The translations under genes were made by a program, and so were the position numbers. From an uncultured archaeon (GTDB lineage Archaea > Asgardarchaeota > Lokiarchaeia > Sigyniarchaeales > SOKP01), in the NCBI GenBank assembly GCA_964525635.1, contig CAZGJX010000032.1, positions 1 to 36,785 of the forward strand: 36,785 bases of DNA, in the 5' to 3' direction. This document shows, piece after piece, positions 27,930-36,785 of this stretch. Under the pieces are notes generated by a model. The model was not told the DNA's origin and did not search any database. It was given only the letters and a program-made list of their open reading frames with translations. Within the stretch, counting starts at the first letter, position 1, and every line of letters starts with the position of its first letter.

Positions 27930-28808
27930 TTATTTTAACGCTTCGAAACTATTGGCTATAACTATTACTAATAGTGATAATAGAATTAATAATGGTGGGA
28001 CTATCGCTCCTACATGAGGATATCCTAATACATCAAAAGCTCCTTTTCCTATCCTTCCTACATAATATATAAGAAAACCAATACCATTTAATAAATAGGA
28101 TCTTCTCAGTACCCCAAATGTTTTCTTAGCTAAATAAAGAAATATGAATGGAACAATTGCAACTAAAAGTGGTTGAAATACAAAGTTGAAGATAAAACGC
28201 CATATTGGATATGACCAACCTCCAATCCAAATTAGATCAGGGTCTATCGTAACTGCTGGATATGCATCAATAATATCAGGATCAATTAGAGCACTATTGG
28301 GTAATAAAAATACTAAAATTCCTAATAATATAGGAACAAAGATCAATAATATTCTAAGTATATATTTTACTTCTTTCTTATGGACATGCAAGAAAATTAT
28401 TAATTTATTTTCACTAGTTTCTGGTTTCTTTTTTTCTAAGTCTGTGTCAGGTGGAAAGAGTAATATCCCTAACATACCCATTAAACATGTTGTACCCATC
28501 CAAGTAGAAAATGTTGCTAACCGATAATTTAACATTAATAATTCTACAATTTCCTGATCTGTGAGTTCTCCTGCTAATTCAGGTATATAGAAATCATATA
28601 TAAGAAAAAATAGTCTTGAACAAGCTAGTGCAACAAATAATATTGAAAAGAATAACCAATAAGGTTTTTTAGATATTCTAAACCGCATTATTAAGAAATA
28701 AGCGAATATCAAGAAATAATAGCCTATTATAACCATATATAAGCCAAGCTCTAATGAATCAAAAAAATCAAAAAACTGAAATTCATCTTGAAAGATATGA
28801 GAAATCAT
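27930..28808 (-). CDS. Stand-alone seven-transmembrane protein
   Basis: Seven hydrophobic segments in 292 aa, basic loops after TM1, TM3 and TM5 (N-out/C-in); no soluble output domain. Confidence 0.78.
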   Translation of the reverse strand: MISHIFQDEFQFFDFFDSLELGLYMVIIGYYFLIFAYFLIMRFRISKKPYWLFFSILFVALACSRLFFLIYDFYIPELAGELTDQEIVELLMLNYRLATFSTWMGTTCLMGMLGILLFPPDTDLEKKKPETSENKLIIFLHVHKKEVKYILRILLIFVPILLGILVFLLPNSALIDPDIIDAYPAVTIDPDLIWIGGWSYPIWRFIFNFVFQPLLVAIVPFIFLYLAKKTFGVLRRSYLLNGIGFLIYYVGRIGKGAFDVLGYPHVGAIVPPLLILLSLLVIVIANSFEALK

Positions 28809-29057
28809 AGTAACTACCTAATTATATCTCTAAAAATAATTTATAATAATGTAATCTTTTAATGGTATTTATATTTATCATTATTTTCTAGATAAAATTT
28901 AAATAATCAAAAATTTCTTAATGTTATTTATACTTATAAAATAAGAATAAAATATATTTCTGGTAAATTATTCTTAAGAAATGTTATTTTACAATTTATT
29001 TGAATTATTTATTAGAACTTTTGTTTAACGAAATGAATACAGAGAGATAGAAGAACT

Positions 29058-30554
29058 ATGAAAATTGAAGATAGTATTGAAACATTTAATTCTTTGATGA
29101 AAAGACAAGGTTTTATTTGGGGACCTAGCCCAGAAATTTATGGTGGTCTGGCAGGATTTTATTCTTATGGCCCTGCAGGAATGGCTCTTAAAAATAATAT
29201 ATTAACAATGTTTAGAAAAGAATTAAGAGCTTTTGGATTTGGTGAAGTTGAATGTCCAACAATTATGCCTGAGATTGTTTGGGAAGCATCAGGACATTTA
29301 GAGCGTTTTATTGATCCTGTTGTTAGATGTAAAAAATGTGAATCTATATTCAGAGCAGATAAGTTTTTAAAAGAAAATTTACCAAATCTATTGATTGACG
29401 GTCTCTCGTTTGAACAAATGGAGAATTTAATAAAAGAAAATGCACTTACTTGTCCAGATTGTGAAATTCCATTTGATAAGATTGAAAAATACAATTTAAT
29501 GTTAAAGACTAATGTGGGAGCCGGTAATAATGCATTCTTACGACCTGAAACAGCAACAACAACTTATTTATTATTTAATCGTTTAAATCAAGTATTAAGG
29601 AGACAATATCCTTTAAAAATATTTCAATATGGTAAAGCATTTAGAAATGAAATCTCTCCAAGACAAGGTGTTCTTCGAATGAGATCATTCGATCAATTTG
29701 AATTACAGATGTTTATAGGAAAAGAACAAGAGTATACTTTTGAAGAATTTGAAGATATTAAACACAATAAACTTCCATTATTGGATTGGAAATTACAGGC
29801 AGATAATAATGATATACCTAATCATATAACTCTTGAGGAAGCAATTGAACAGAAAATTTTAAAAAAACCTGCATACGCTTATTGTCTGTATATATCTTAT
29901 TACCTCACAAATAAGTTAGGATATCCAAATGAAGTAATAAGATTTCGTCAACATAGTCCAAACGAAAGAGCTCATTATGCTGATGATGCTTGGGATTTAG
30001 AAGTAAACACCGAACAATATGGCTGGGTAGAAATATGTGGTGTTCATGATAGGACGGATTATGATTTAAAACGTCATGGAAAGTATTCCAATGAGAACTT
30101 TGAGGTTTCTATGGGAGTAGATCCTTTAAAAAAGGAGATTCCCCAAATATTAGAGATTGCATATGGAATTGATCGTATTATATATACATTGCTTGAAACA
30201 AATTTTAACGTTGAAGATGATAGGATTAATTTAAAACTTACTCACAATATTGCACCTAATGAAGTTGCGGTTTTTCCATTAGTTAAAAATAAAGAGGAAA
30301 TAAGATTATTAGCAAAAAAAATACATAAAGATCTTCAAAAGAACTTGATTTCTTCATTTTATGATGAATCTGGTTCTATTGGTAAACGATATCGGAGACA
30401 AGATGAACTTGGAACACTTTTTTGTATTACTATAGATTATGATTCCTTAAAAGATGAAACTGTTACCATACGAAATAGAGATACAATGGAGCAAGTAAGG
30501 ATTAAAATTCCTGAAATTCCTTCAATAATTAAAAATGGAATACAAAAAAATTAA
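29058..30554 (+). CDS. glyS: Glycine--tRNA ligase (archaeal/eukaryotic alpha2 type)
   Basis: EIYGGLAGFYSYGP.G, VWEASGH...F.DP, LRPETA, GKAFRNEISPRQG..R, ERAHYA...WD.E, SIGKRYRRQDELGT anticodon-binding domain. Confidence 0.97.
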   Translation: MKIEDSIETFNSLMKRQGFIWGPSPEIYGGLAGFYSYGPAGMALKNNILTMFRKELRAFGFGEVECPTIMPEIVWEASGHLERFIDPVVRCKKCESIFRADKFLKENLPNLLIDGLSFEQMENLIKENALTCPDCEIPFDKIEKYNLMLKTNVGAGNNAFLRPETATTTYLLFNRLNQVLRRQYPLKIFQYGKAFRNEISPRQGVLRMRSFDQFELQMFIGKEQEYTFEEFEDIKHNKLPLLDWKLQADNNDIPNHITLEEAIEQKILKKPAYAYCLYISYYLTNKLGYPNEVIRFRQHSPNERAHYADDAWDLEVNTEQYGWVEICGVHDRTDYDLKRHGKYSNENFEVSMGVDPLKKEIPQILEIAYGIDRIIYTLLETNFNVEDDRINLKLTHNIAPNEVAVFPLVKNKEEIRLLAKKIHKDLQKNLISSFYDESGSIGKRYRRQDELGTLFCITIDYDSLKDETVTIRNRDTMEQVRIKIPEIPSIIKNGIQKN

Positions 30555-30696
30555 AAATAAAAATTTTATCTAAATATACTTATTCTTAATTTTAAACTTT
30601 TTCATTAAATTCTCTGAAAAAATTTTAAAGAAAAGGATTTTTTAAAAATATAATATCAGTTAATATAAATATTACATTAATAGAGTAAGTTTGTAA

Positions 30697-33429
30697 ATGA
30701 ATTATCATAATTCGTTCTTAACACAAAGGAAGTTAAACAAGAGAAGAAAAAAAAAACTGTTTTCATTTTTGTTAATCTCAACGATTCTTTTTAATTTTGT
30801 AATGATAAATACGCTTATTTTTAATGCTTCAAATTTAAAAAATAATCTAGTTAATGAAGATGAATATTTTGGAAATTCAAACCCTTCTATTCCAAAATCT
30901 CAAGGAGCTGATCTTTCACTTATAAAAGATCCATTTACCACAAATTTCACAGAGATTTGGACATTTTTTGAAGAAAATTATTTCATTAATTTTTGGGAAG
31001 CTGTATCAACATATTATAGAGAAGGTGATATAGATGGAGATATTACCAGTGAAATGGTTTATTCTTTAGATAACTTGCTCTTATTTAACACGTTATTAAA
31101 AAATGAATATACTTCTATTGAGATTTTAAACAAATATATAAACTTAAAATCCTCACCGTTATGGTATGAAGGTTCAGGAGCATATGATTATGGTTTTATT
31201 GAAGCTGTAGATAGTGATACAAGAGAAAAATCATATCAGAGGAATCTTGTAGACAATTTAATGTCTATTTTTCTCTTAATAGAACATATGCCTAGTGGGG
31301 GATCCTCCACTTATGAAGAAAATATTAATGATATGTTTGATCTTGTAAATTCCGATAGTCAATTTTGGAACAGTTCATTAGCTATTTATAGGAATTCCAA
31401 TTCTTCTGATAATTATTTTTATACAGAAAGTAATTTATATTCGATCTTAGCTAATTTGCGTATTATTGAAAGTAATAAAGTACCAAATTTAAATAGCTTA
31501 GCTACAATTAAGTCAATAGCAGCAATGGAGACTCTTATAAATAATTTATGGGATAAGGATGATTATGGATTTTATAATAGTACAGATTATAGGGATTTAT
31601 CACCATTAGATAAGAATAAAGATTTGAAAGTTAATGCTTTAGGAATAATTACATTACTAGAATATTGGGATATAATTTTGGATAGATCAGAAGTAGAATC
31701 AGATTATTTATTAAATGCAACAAGAATTTATGATGCGTATGATAATATAAATTTGTTTGATAATATTTACGAAACATATTATAGTGCATCTGAAGAATGG
31801 AATAAAGCTGGTTTTGTCATGGATCTTGAAGCTAATGCTTACATGATGCAGGCGTGCCTAAAATTATTTGAAGCAACTGGGGAGATAGAATATTATAATA
31901 GAGCTTTTACATTATTCAATTCTTTTGAAAACAATTTTTATGATAGCAATAATCCAGGTTATTATAAAAGCATCGATAAATTTCTTCCTGTAAATACAGA
32001 AAAAAATTTACTTTCTAATTTAAGACTTGCAGAAGCATATATTTCTGCTGTAGATACATATCAGCAAACCCATTTGAATTCTGTATTTAATGAAAGCATA
32101 GTTTCTCCTGCATTTATATTTAATCAAGATACATTAATTATAAGGTCAAATTATACATTTGAATCGAAATATGAAGTACCATATTTTATACCTAACGCTG
32201 ATATAACCTATATCTTAAGATACTCAAATGGTACTATCTTTCATATAGAACACAATGTGACAAATGCAGAAGGAAATCATACATTTTACTATAAAATTCC
32301 TCAGACAATTCCTATAGGAGAAGGCTATTCATTACAAATTTATGCAAATACAACAAATTTTGGAACTGCTTTTACCGAAAAAGAATTTAGTATAAAATCT
32401 GGAATAGAATATTATAGTGGTTTAGAAGATTATGAAATTGGCCAACTACCGATCTTTCAAGGAGAAACTATTAACGTAACAATTGAAATTAATAACACTC
32501 GAAATGAAGATATTAATTTGAACTTCTCTGTGGAATCTGATTACATAAGAAGTGAAATTATGAATTATACTTTATATGTAATAGAAGATAATTCAACATC
32601 TATCTGGATTAATTTTACAGTGAATAACGATGCTCTACTTGGTAATAGTGATTTTCATTTTATATTAAAAAATGGAAGTATAATATTTTTAGATTATATT
32701 GTAGAAATTAAGATTGGAAATGCTTTACAATATTCTAATCTATTATATGATAGTTTTGTTGTCAAAGGAGATATACTTCAAGTTTCTATCACATTAACTA
32801 ATAATCTTCCTAACGTTACCCAATCTTTTAATTTAAGTTTTTCAGGAGAATATATTCGCAATATTAAAGAACCAATAACTTTAGATAAGAAAGAGACAAA
32901 GACATTCTTTTATAATATAAATGTCACACAAAATATTGAGGTTCCCTCAATTCAGGTAGAAATGAATATTTCAAAATCAGATATTTCATTCCATCATAAG
33001 ATATTACATATAGATGTTATTAATAAATTTGAAATTACTAATATTAAATTTCCAACAAGTGTATCTCAAGGTTCCTCTGCTACTTTGATTATAACAATTA
33101 TAAATAATAAAAGAACTACAGAAACTTTTACTTTAGAAATAAATGGTGAACGTGTTAGTACAGGACAAAAAGAATTAATACCTGGTGAAAATAAAATACA
33201 AACAAATGTTGTTCCCACCATTAATCCATATGATTTTGGTGTGAAAAAATATTATATAGTTATAAAAGATGCTTCCGGAAATGAGATCTATAAAGACTTC
33301 TATGAAGTACAAATTGAATTATCAATTATGAATTTGGTGCTTTTCTATTTCTTACCTATATTAATACCTATTGGAATAATTATATTTTTCAAAAATAAAG
33401 AAATGAAAAAAAAATTATTAAGGAGATAA
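30697..33429 (+). CDS. Surface glycoprotein: six-hairpin-glycosidase-like alpha/alpha toroid, Ig-like domains, C-terminal TM anchor
   Basis: Basic plus hydrophobic N-terminus; LWDKDDYGFY, NAYMMQACLKLFEATGEIEYYNRA, NFYD....GYY helical-hairpin motifs; beta-rich C-half with many N-x-S/T; TM then KKKLLRR. Confidence 0.72.
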   Translation: MNYHNSFLTQRKLNKRRKKKLFSFLLISTILFNFVMINTLIFNASNLKNNLVNEDEYFGNSNPSIPKSQGADLSLIKDPFTTNFTEIWTFFEENYFINFWEAVSTYYREGDIDGDITSEMVYSLDNLLLFNTLLKNEYTSIEILNKYINLKSSPLWYEGSGAYDYGFIEAVDSDTREKSYQRNLVDNLMSIFLLIEHMPSGGSSTYEENINDMFDLVNSDSQFWNSSLAIYRNSNSSDNYFYTESNLYSILANLRIIESNKVPNLNSLATIKSIAAMETLINNLWDKDDYGFYNSTDYRDLSPLDKNKDLKVNALGIITLLEYWDIILDRSEVESDYLLNATRIYDAYDNINLFDNIYETYYSASEEWNKAGFVMDLEANAYMMQACLKLFEATGEIEYYNRAFTLFNSFENNFYDSNNPGYYKSIDKFLPVNTEKNLLSNLRLAEAYISAVDTYQQTHLNSVFNESIVSPAFIFNQDTLIIRSNYTFESKYEVPYFIPNADITYILRYSNGTIFHIEHNVTNAEGNHTFYYKIPQTIPIGEGYSLQIYANTTNFGTAFTEKEFSIKSGIEYYSGLEDYEIGQLPIFQGETINVTIEINNTRNEDINLNFSVESDYIRSEIMNYTLYVIEDNSTSIWINFTVNNDALLGNSDFHFILKNGSIIFLDYIVEIKIGNALQYSNLLYDSFVVKGDILQVSITLTNNLPNVTQSFNLSFSGEYIRNIKEPITLDKKETKTFFYNINVTQNIEVPSIQVEMNISKSDISFHHKILHIDVINKFEITNIKFPTSVSQGSSATLIITIINNKRTTETFTLEINGERVSTGQKELIPGENKIQTNVVPTINPYDFGVKKYYIVIKDASGNEIYKDFYEVQIELSIMNLVLFYFLPILIPIGIIIFFKNKEMKKKLLRR

Positions 33430-33434
33430 CTAAT

Positions 33435-35120
33435 ATGAAAATGAAAAAACATTGGATTATCAGTTTGATTTTGATATTTATGGTAGTTTTTACCTTATTT
33501 GCTGCTAATATATCATCATCAAAACATTCAATAATAATTGAAGAAGAGATGCAATTAAAATCATCTGTTTCCTTAGACAAGGATATGATTTTTGTAAACG
33601 TAACTGATCATGAAATAATTAGTATGTTTGAAACCATTAATTTCACTGTTGATACTTCAGATTTTATTGGTACAGTTGCCGTAAATATGAAAATATCCTT
33701 CTTGGATGGTACTTCAGAATTAATAAATATGGCTAGAATTGGAAGTACTGAGAACTATACAACTGCATATACTCCAGAGTATAACACTCCCACAGGAAAT
33801 CATAGTATAACCTTTTATATTTACGATGGTACATCTTTATTGAATGATCAAAAGACTAAATCATACGTTATAGTAAAATCTAATTATTATTGCGTTGATT
33901 TTAATCAGATAAATAATGGAAAAGGATATTACTTAAACGACACTCTATATGCATCTATTATCGTTAAAAATGTAAATGGACATATATTTACCTATGAGGT
34001 TGATATTACTAATGGTACTGGAGAACATCAAAAAGTGGTAGTTCCTCTTGCTGATAATATAGAATGGTTTAATATTACAATTGATGAATCTGATTTTACT
34101 ATAGTTAATAAAGAATATTATGTTAGACTAACTTTAGAAAATCAAACGGGGACAACACGTAGGACATATTTTCCATTTAAGGTATTAAATTTTAATCCTG
34201 ACATACTCAAATCAACATTGGAATTAAGTTCAAACAGTATATTTCGTTCAGAAGAAGACAACTGTAAGATTTCAGTTAACATTACTGATGTAGAAACAGC
34301 TTCAGAAAATTTAACCGTATATATGTTGATATATAATCCTCAAGGGTTATATATTAACAACTTAACACTTTCTCCTGAAGGAAATAATTTTACTACTGAT
34401 TTCCATATTAATATACAATTTCCTGTTGGAACTTATAGATTAAATATAACAGCTGTAGATACAGATAATGGTTGGAGTAGCATTGATAGAACATTTATTG
34501 TAAAAAATAATCTACCTGAAATTCATCGTTATAAAATTAATGGAAAGTCTATGCAAGAGAGTATTGCCGTTTTTTATGGTGATTGGATAAAATTTCATTC
34601 ATTCAATTTTACTGATGTTGAAGGAGACAATAATATTGAATATGTTATAATATCATTAATTAATGAATTAGATCAATGGTATAATATCTCTAGTCCATAC
34701 AGTGCAGAATTAGAAATAAAAATAAGATCAACTGATTTACCTTCAGGTGTCTGGTATGTATATATGACAATAATCGATTCTGATGGAGGTAAAGCAATTC
34801 TAATTGATGATATGGGATTAGCACCTCAGGAAATAAGAATTATCCCTGATTTAATAGGAGAAGTTATTCCATGGCTTTCTTTAATTCTAGGAATTCTATT
34901 TGGACTAGCTATAGGTGTTGCTCTTGGGTATAAGATTCTTAAGATCAAAAGAGATACTATACAAAAACCAACTAAAAAGAAACAAACACTTATCAAAAAA
35001 CAGTCACAAAAACCTAAAAAACCTAAAATGGAAAAAATCGAAAAACCTATTGAAGAACCTGAAATTGAAGAAGAAAAAGAAGTAAAACAAGTAAAAAAGA
35101 AAATCAAAAGAAGATTATAG
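33435..35120 (+). CDS. Type I membrane protein with tandem Ig-like domains and charged cytoplasmic tail
   Basis: Signal peptide; repeated P.G.(Y/H/W) beta-strand motifs (TPTGNHSITF, FPVGTYRLNITA.D, LPSGVWYVY...D); TM helix then approx. 60-aa K/E/P-rich tail; 5 bp after previous gene. Confidence 0.8.
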   Translation: MKMKKHWIISLILIFMVVFTLFAANISSSKHSIIIEEEMQLKSSVSLDKDMIFVNVTDHEIISMFETINFTVDTSDFIGTVAVNMKISFLDGTSELINMARIGSTENYTTAYTPEYNTPTGNHSITFYIYDGTSLLNDQKTKSYVIVKSNYYCVDFNQINNGKGYYLNDTLYASIIVKNVNGHIFTYEVDITNGTGEHQKVVVPLADNIEWFNITIDESDFTIVNKEYYVRLTLENQTGTTRRTYFPFKVLNFNPDILKSTLELSSNSIFRSEEDNCKISVNITDVETASENLTVYMLIYNPQGLYINNLTLSPEGNNFTTDFHINIQFPVGTYRLNITAVDTDNGWSSIDRTFIVKNNLPEIHRYKINGKSMQESIAVFYGDWIKFHSFNFTDVEGDNNIEYVIISLINELDQWYNISSPYSAELEIKIRSTDLPSGVWYVYMTIIDSDGGKAILIDDMGLAPQEIRIIPDLIGEVIPWLSLILGILFGLAIGVALGYKILKIKRDTIQKPTKKKQTLIKKQSQKPKKPKMEKIEKPIEEPEIEEEKEVKQVKKKIKRRL

Positions 35121-35260
35121 AAAAAATAATACTACTTTTTTAATCTATTAATTTTTCATTATTTTTTTTTTAAAAGCTATTACCTATACTTATTGCTAAA
35201 TTATTTTTAAAAGAATTAGATAAAATCCTGTAAATACTAATTTTTAAAAAAAAAAGTATT

Positions 35261-36172
35261 TTAACCAACAATTTCATGTAAATAATATTTGAATTTACCT
35301 AATTTTCCACCATAGTTTCCAGCTGATATTCTTAACACATCAGGAACTTCTATAGCAGCCATAATAGCAAGTCTCATTGCCATTTTTACTACTTCTTCAT
35401 TAGCTCCATTAAGAATAATTTCATAAACACAATTTTCATCTTCCTTTAATTGAGAATTGTTGATTTTTTCTTTTAGAGTTGGGCAAAGTGGTTCATTTGT
35501 TGAAGCATTTAAAAAATCATATTTTGAACCAACTTTTGAACCCGAACGAACAACACCTCCTGGAAAAGGAGTAATTAAATTAGGCACATCTTTAATTGCA
35601 TTTATAGCTTTTTCTGCTGCACTTATTGCTGAACCTTGATTTTTTCCAATAATAAAAAAATTACCTCCTGCAATACCTTTTCCAACTTTGAATTCATTTT
35701 GAATGATAAATTCACCATCCATAACAGGGATTTTCCATGCTTCAAATGAAAATTTATCAGTAATTTTTTCCTCAAATTTATCACCAAAAAATTTCATTTT
35801 AAATCCAGTTTTGATTTCAAATTCATTTTCAGGATTTATTGAAGTATTTAGTCCATTAAAACAAGCTGTTGATGGACAAGTTAATACACATTGACCAATT
35901 CTATTCAACATTACAGAATCCATTTTCTTTTTATTTTTGACAAAAAACATTAAAGCAACCCCAGGGCGGCTATCTGGAGTATCCTCTGAAGAAATATAAA
36001 CATCAATTCCTGCTTCTGAATCACAATGAATCGTAGAAGTCCCATAACCTGTAGTTTCCTTTGCACAAATATCAAGCCAATGTTTATTATAAGCTGTGAC
36101 TAAAATACGAGAAAAATATGCAGAAAAAGCTTCACAGTATGTATCTTCAATTAATACATTATTAATTTTCAT
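35261..36172 (-). CDS. ftr: Formylmethanofuran--tetrahydromethanopterin formyltransferase
   Basis: IEDTYCEAF, TGYGTSTI.CD.EAG, TPDSRPG, RIGQCVLTCPST, IAGGNF, PFPGGVVRSGSKVGSKY, AGNYGGKLG. Confidence 0.96.
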   Translation of the reverse strand: MKINNVLIEDTYCEAFSAYFSRILVTAYNKHWLDICAKETTGYGTSTIHCDSEAGIDVYISSEDTPDSRPGVALMFFVKNKKKMDSVMLNRIGQCVLTCPSTACFNGLNTSINPENEFEIKTGFKMKFFGDKFEEKITDKFSFEAWKIPVMDGEFIIQNEFKVGKGIAGGNFFIIGKNQGSAISAAEKAINAIKDVPNLITPFPGGVVRSGSKVGSKYDFLNASTNEPLCPTLKEKINNSQLKEDENCVYEIILNGANEEVVKMAMRLAIMAAIEVPDVLRISAGNYGGKLGKFKYYLHEIVG

Positions 36173-36269
36173 ATTAATAACTCAATTATTAGAAATTTAA
36201 ATATTTTATAATATATGTTAGGTTTAAAACTTATTATATTTAACAAATATTTCTAATAAGATGTAAGTT

Positions 36270-36722
36270 ATGAAAATTCTGTATAGAGAATTTATTAATG
36301 AGGATTCTAAACCTTTGAAGAAACTTGTTAATGAATTTTATGAAGAAGATCCATTATTATATAATTATTTAAATATGAATATTGATAGAACAATTTTATC
36401 TTATCAAAATCATCCTGATTGGGGAGTTATATGGATTTTTGAAAATAATGGAATTATTATTGGACATTCAATAGTCAATAAGTATTGGTCAAATGAATAT
36501 GGAGGATTAATCTTATTCATCGATGAATTATTTATTACCTTTAAATATAGATTAAAAAAAATAGCCTTTAATTTCATAATTTTTCTTATAAATTCTCTTA
36601 ATGATATATATGTAGGAATTCAATTGGAAGTTAGAAAGAAAAATAAATCCATTATCCAATTCTATCAAAAGTTAGGATTCAATTTTGAAAACTCTATTAT
36701 TCTTTTTAAATATCTAAAATAA
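36270..36722 (+). CDS. GNAT family N-acetyltransferase (degenerate motif A)
   Basis: WSNEYGG..LFIDELFI, LEV...N.....FYQKLGF; acetyl-CoA loop reads YRLKKIA without the usual Gly. Confidence 0.75.
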   Translation: MKILYREFINEDSKPLKKLVNEFYEEDPLLYNYLNMNIDRTILSYQNHPDWGVIWIFENNGIIIGHSIVNKYWSNEYGGLILFIDELFITFKYRLKKIAFNFIIFLINSLNDIYVGIQLEVRKKNKSIIQFYQKLGFNFENSIILFKYLK

Positions 36723-36785
36723 TAATTTTAGGTCAATTTTCCAAATGAATGATAAATTATAAACACTTTCATCTCATTTCATAAG

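Noticed and set aside
30697-33429. Ribophorin II/Swp1-like oligosaccharyltransferase subunit call
   Set aside because: Only one C-terminal TM helix and no OST genes adjacent; not supportable without a profile search
24349-35894. Short overlapping ORFs at 24349, 25758, 28186, 29165, 33389, 34826, 35457 and 35703
   Set aside because: Alternate-frame or antisense shadows of well-supported genes
1-36785. CRISPR arrays, tRNA/rRNA genes, transposases, integrases
   Set aside because: No regularly spaced direct repeats, cloverleaf-like GC-rich stretch or recombinase motifs seen by eye

Overview
Very AT-rich archaeal window, most consistent with an Asgard archaeon (Lokiarchaeia-like). This rests on gene content (cdhBC, ftr, Alba, archaeal-type GlyRS) and protein styles, and is inferred, not searched. 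Core genes: Wood-Ljungdahl components (cdhC, cdhB, a CooT-like Ni protein, ftr), alba, glyS, an AmmeMemoRadiSam radical SAM enzyme, DUF362, a YprB-like exonuclease and a PfkB-like kinase. The accessory block at about 4.3-16.8 kb holds an orphan N6-adenine methyltransferase fused to one target-recognition domain, a 1039-aa helical protein with three 148-aa tandem repeats, an ArsR-type regulator with a large C-terminal domain, and a 1301-aa membrane-anchored GH9 glucanase. The GH9 protein is the most striking item. It has an N-terminal anchor, two Ig-like stalk repeats, an intact GH9 catalytic domain, and a CBM3c module apparently split by insertion of three tandem CBM4/9-like modules. It also carries about 27 N-glycosylation sequons and has a candidate operator palindrome upstream. 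A tract of gene remnants follows it. The right half has two TPR proteins, two GNATs, a coiled-coil protein, a stand-alone 7TM protein and a pair of type I surface proteins. No rRNA, tRNA, CRISPR array or intact mobile element was recognised. All family calls come from motif recognition by eye.
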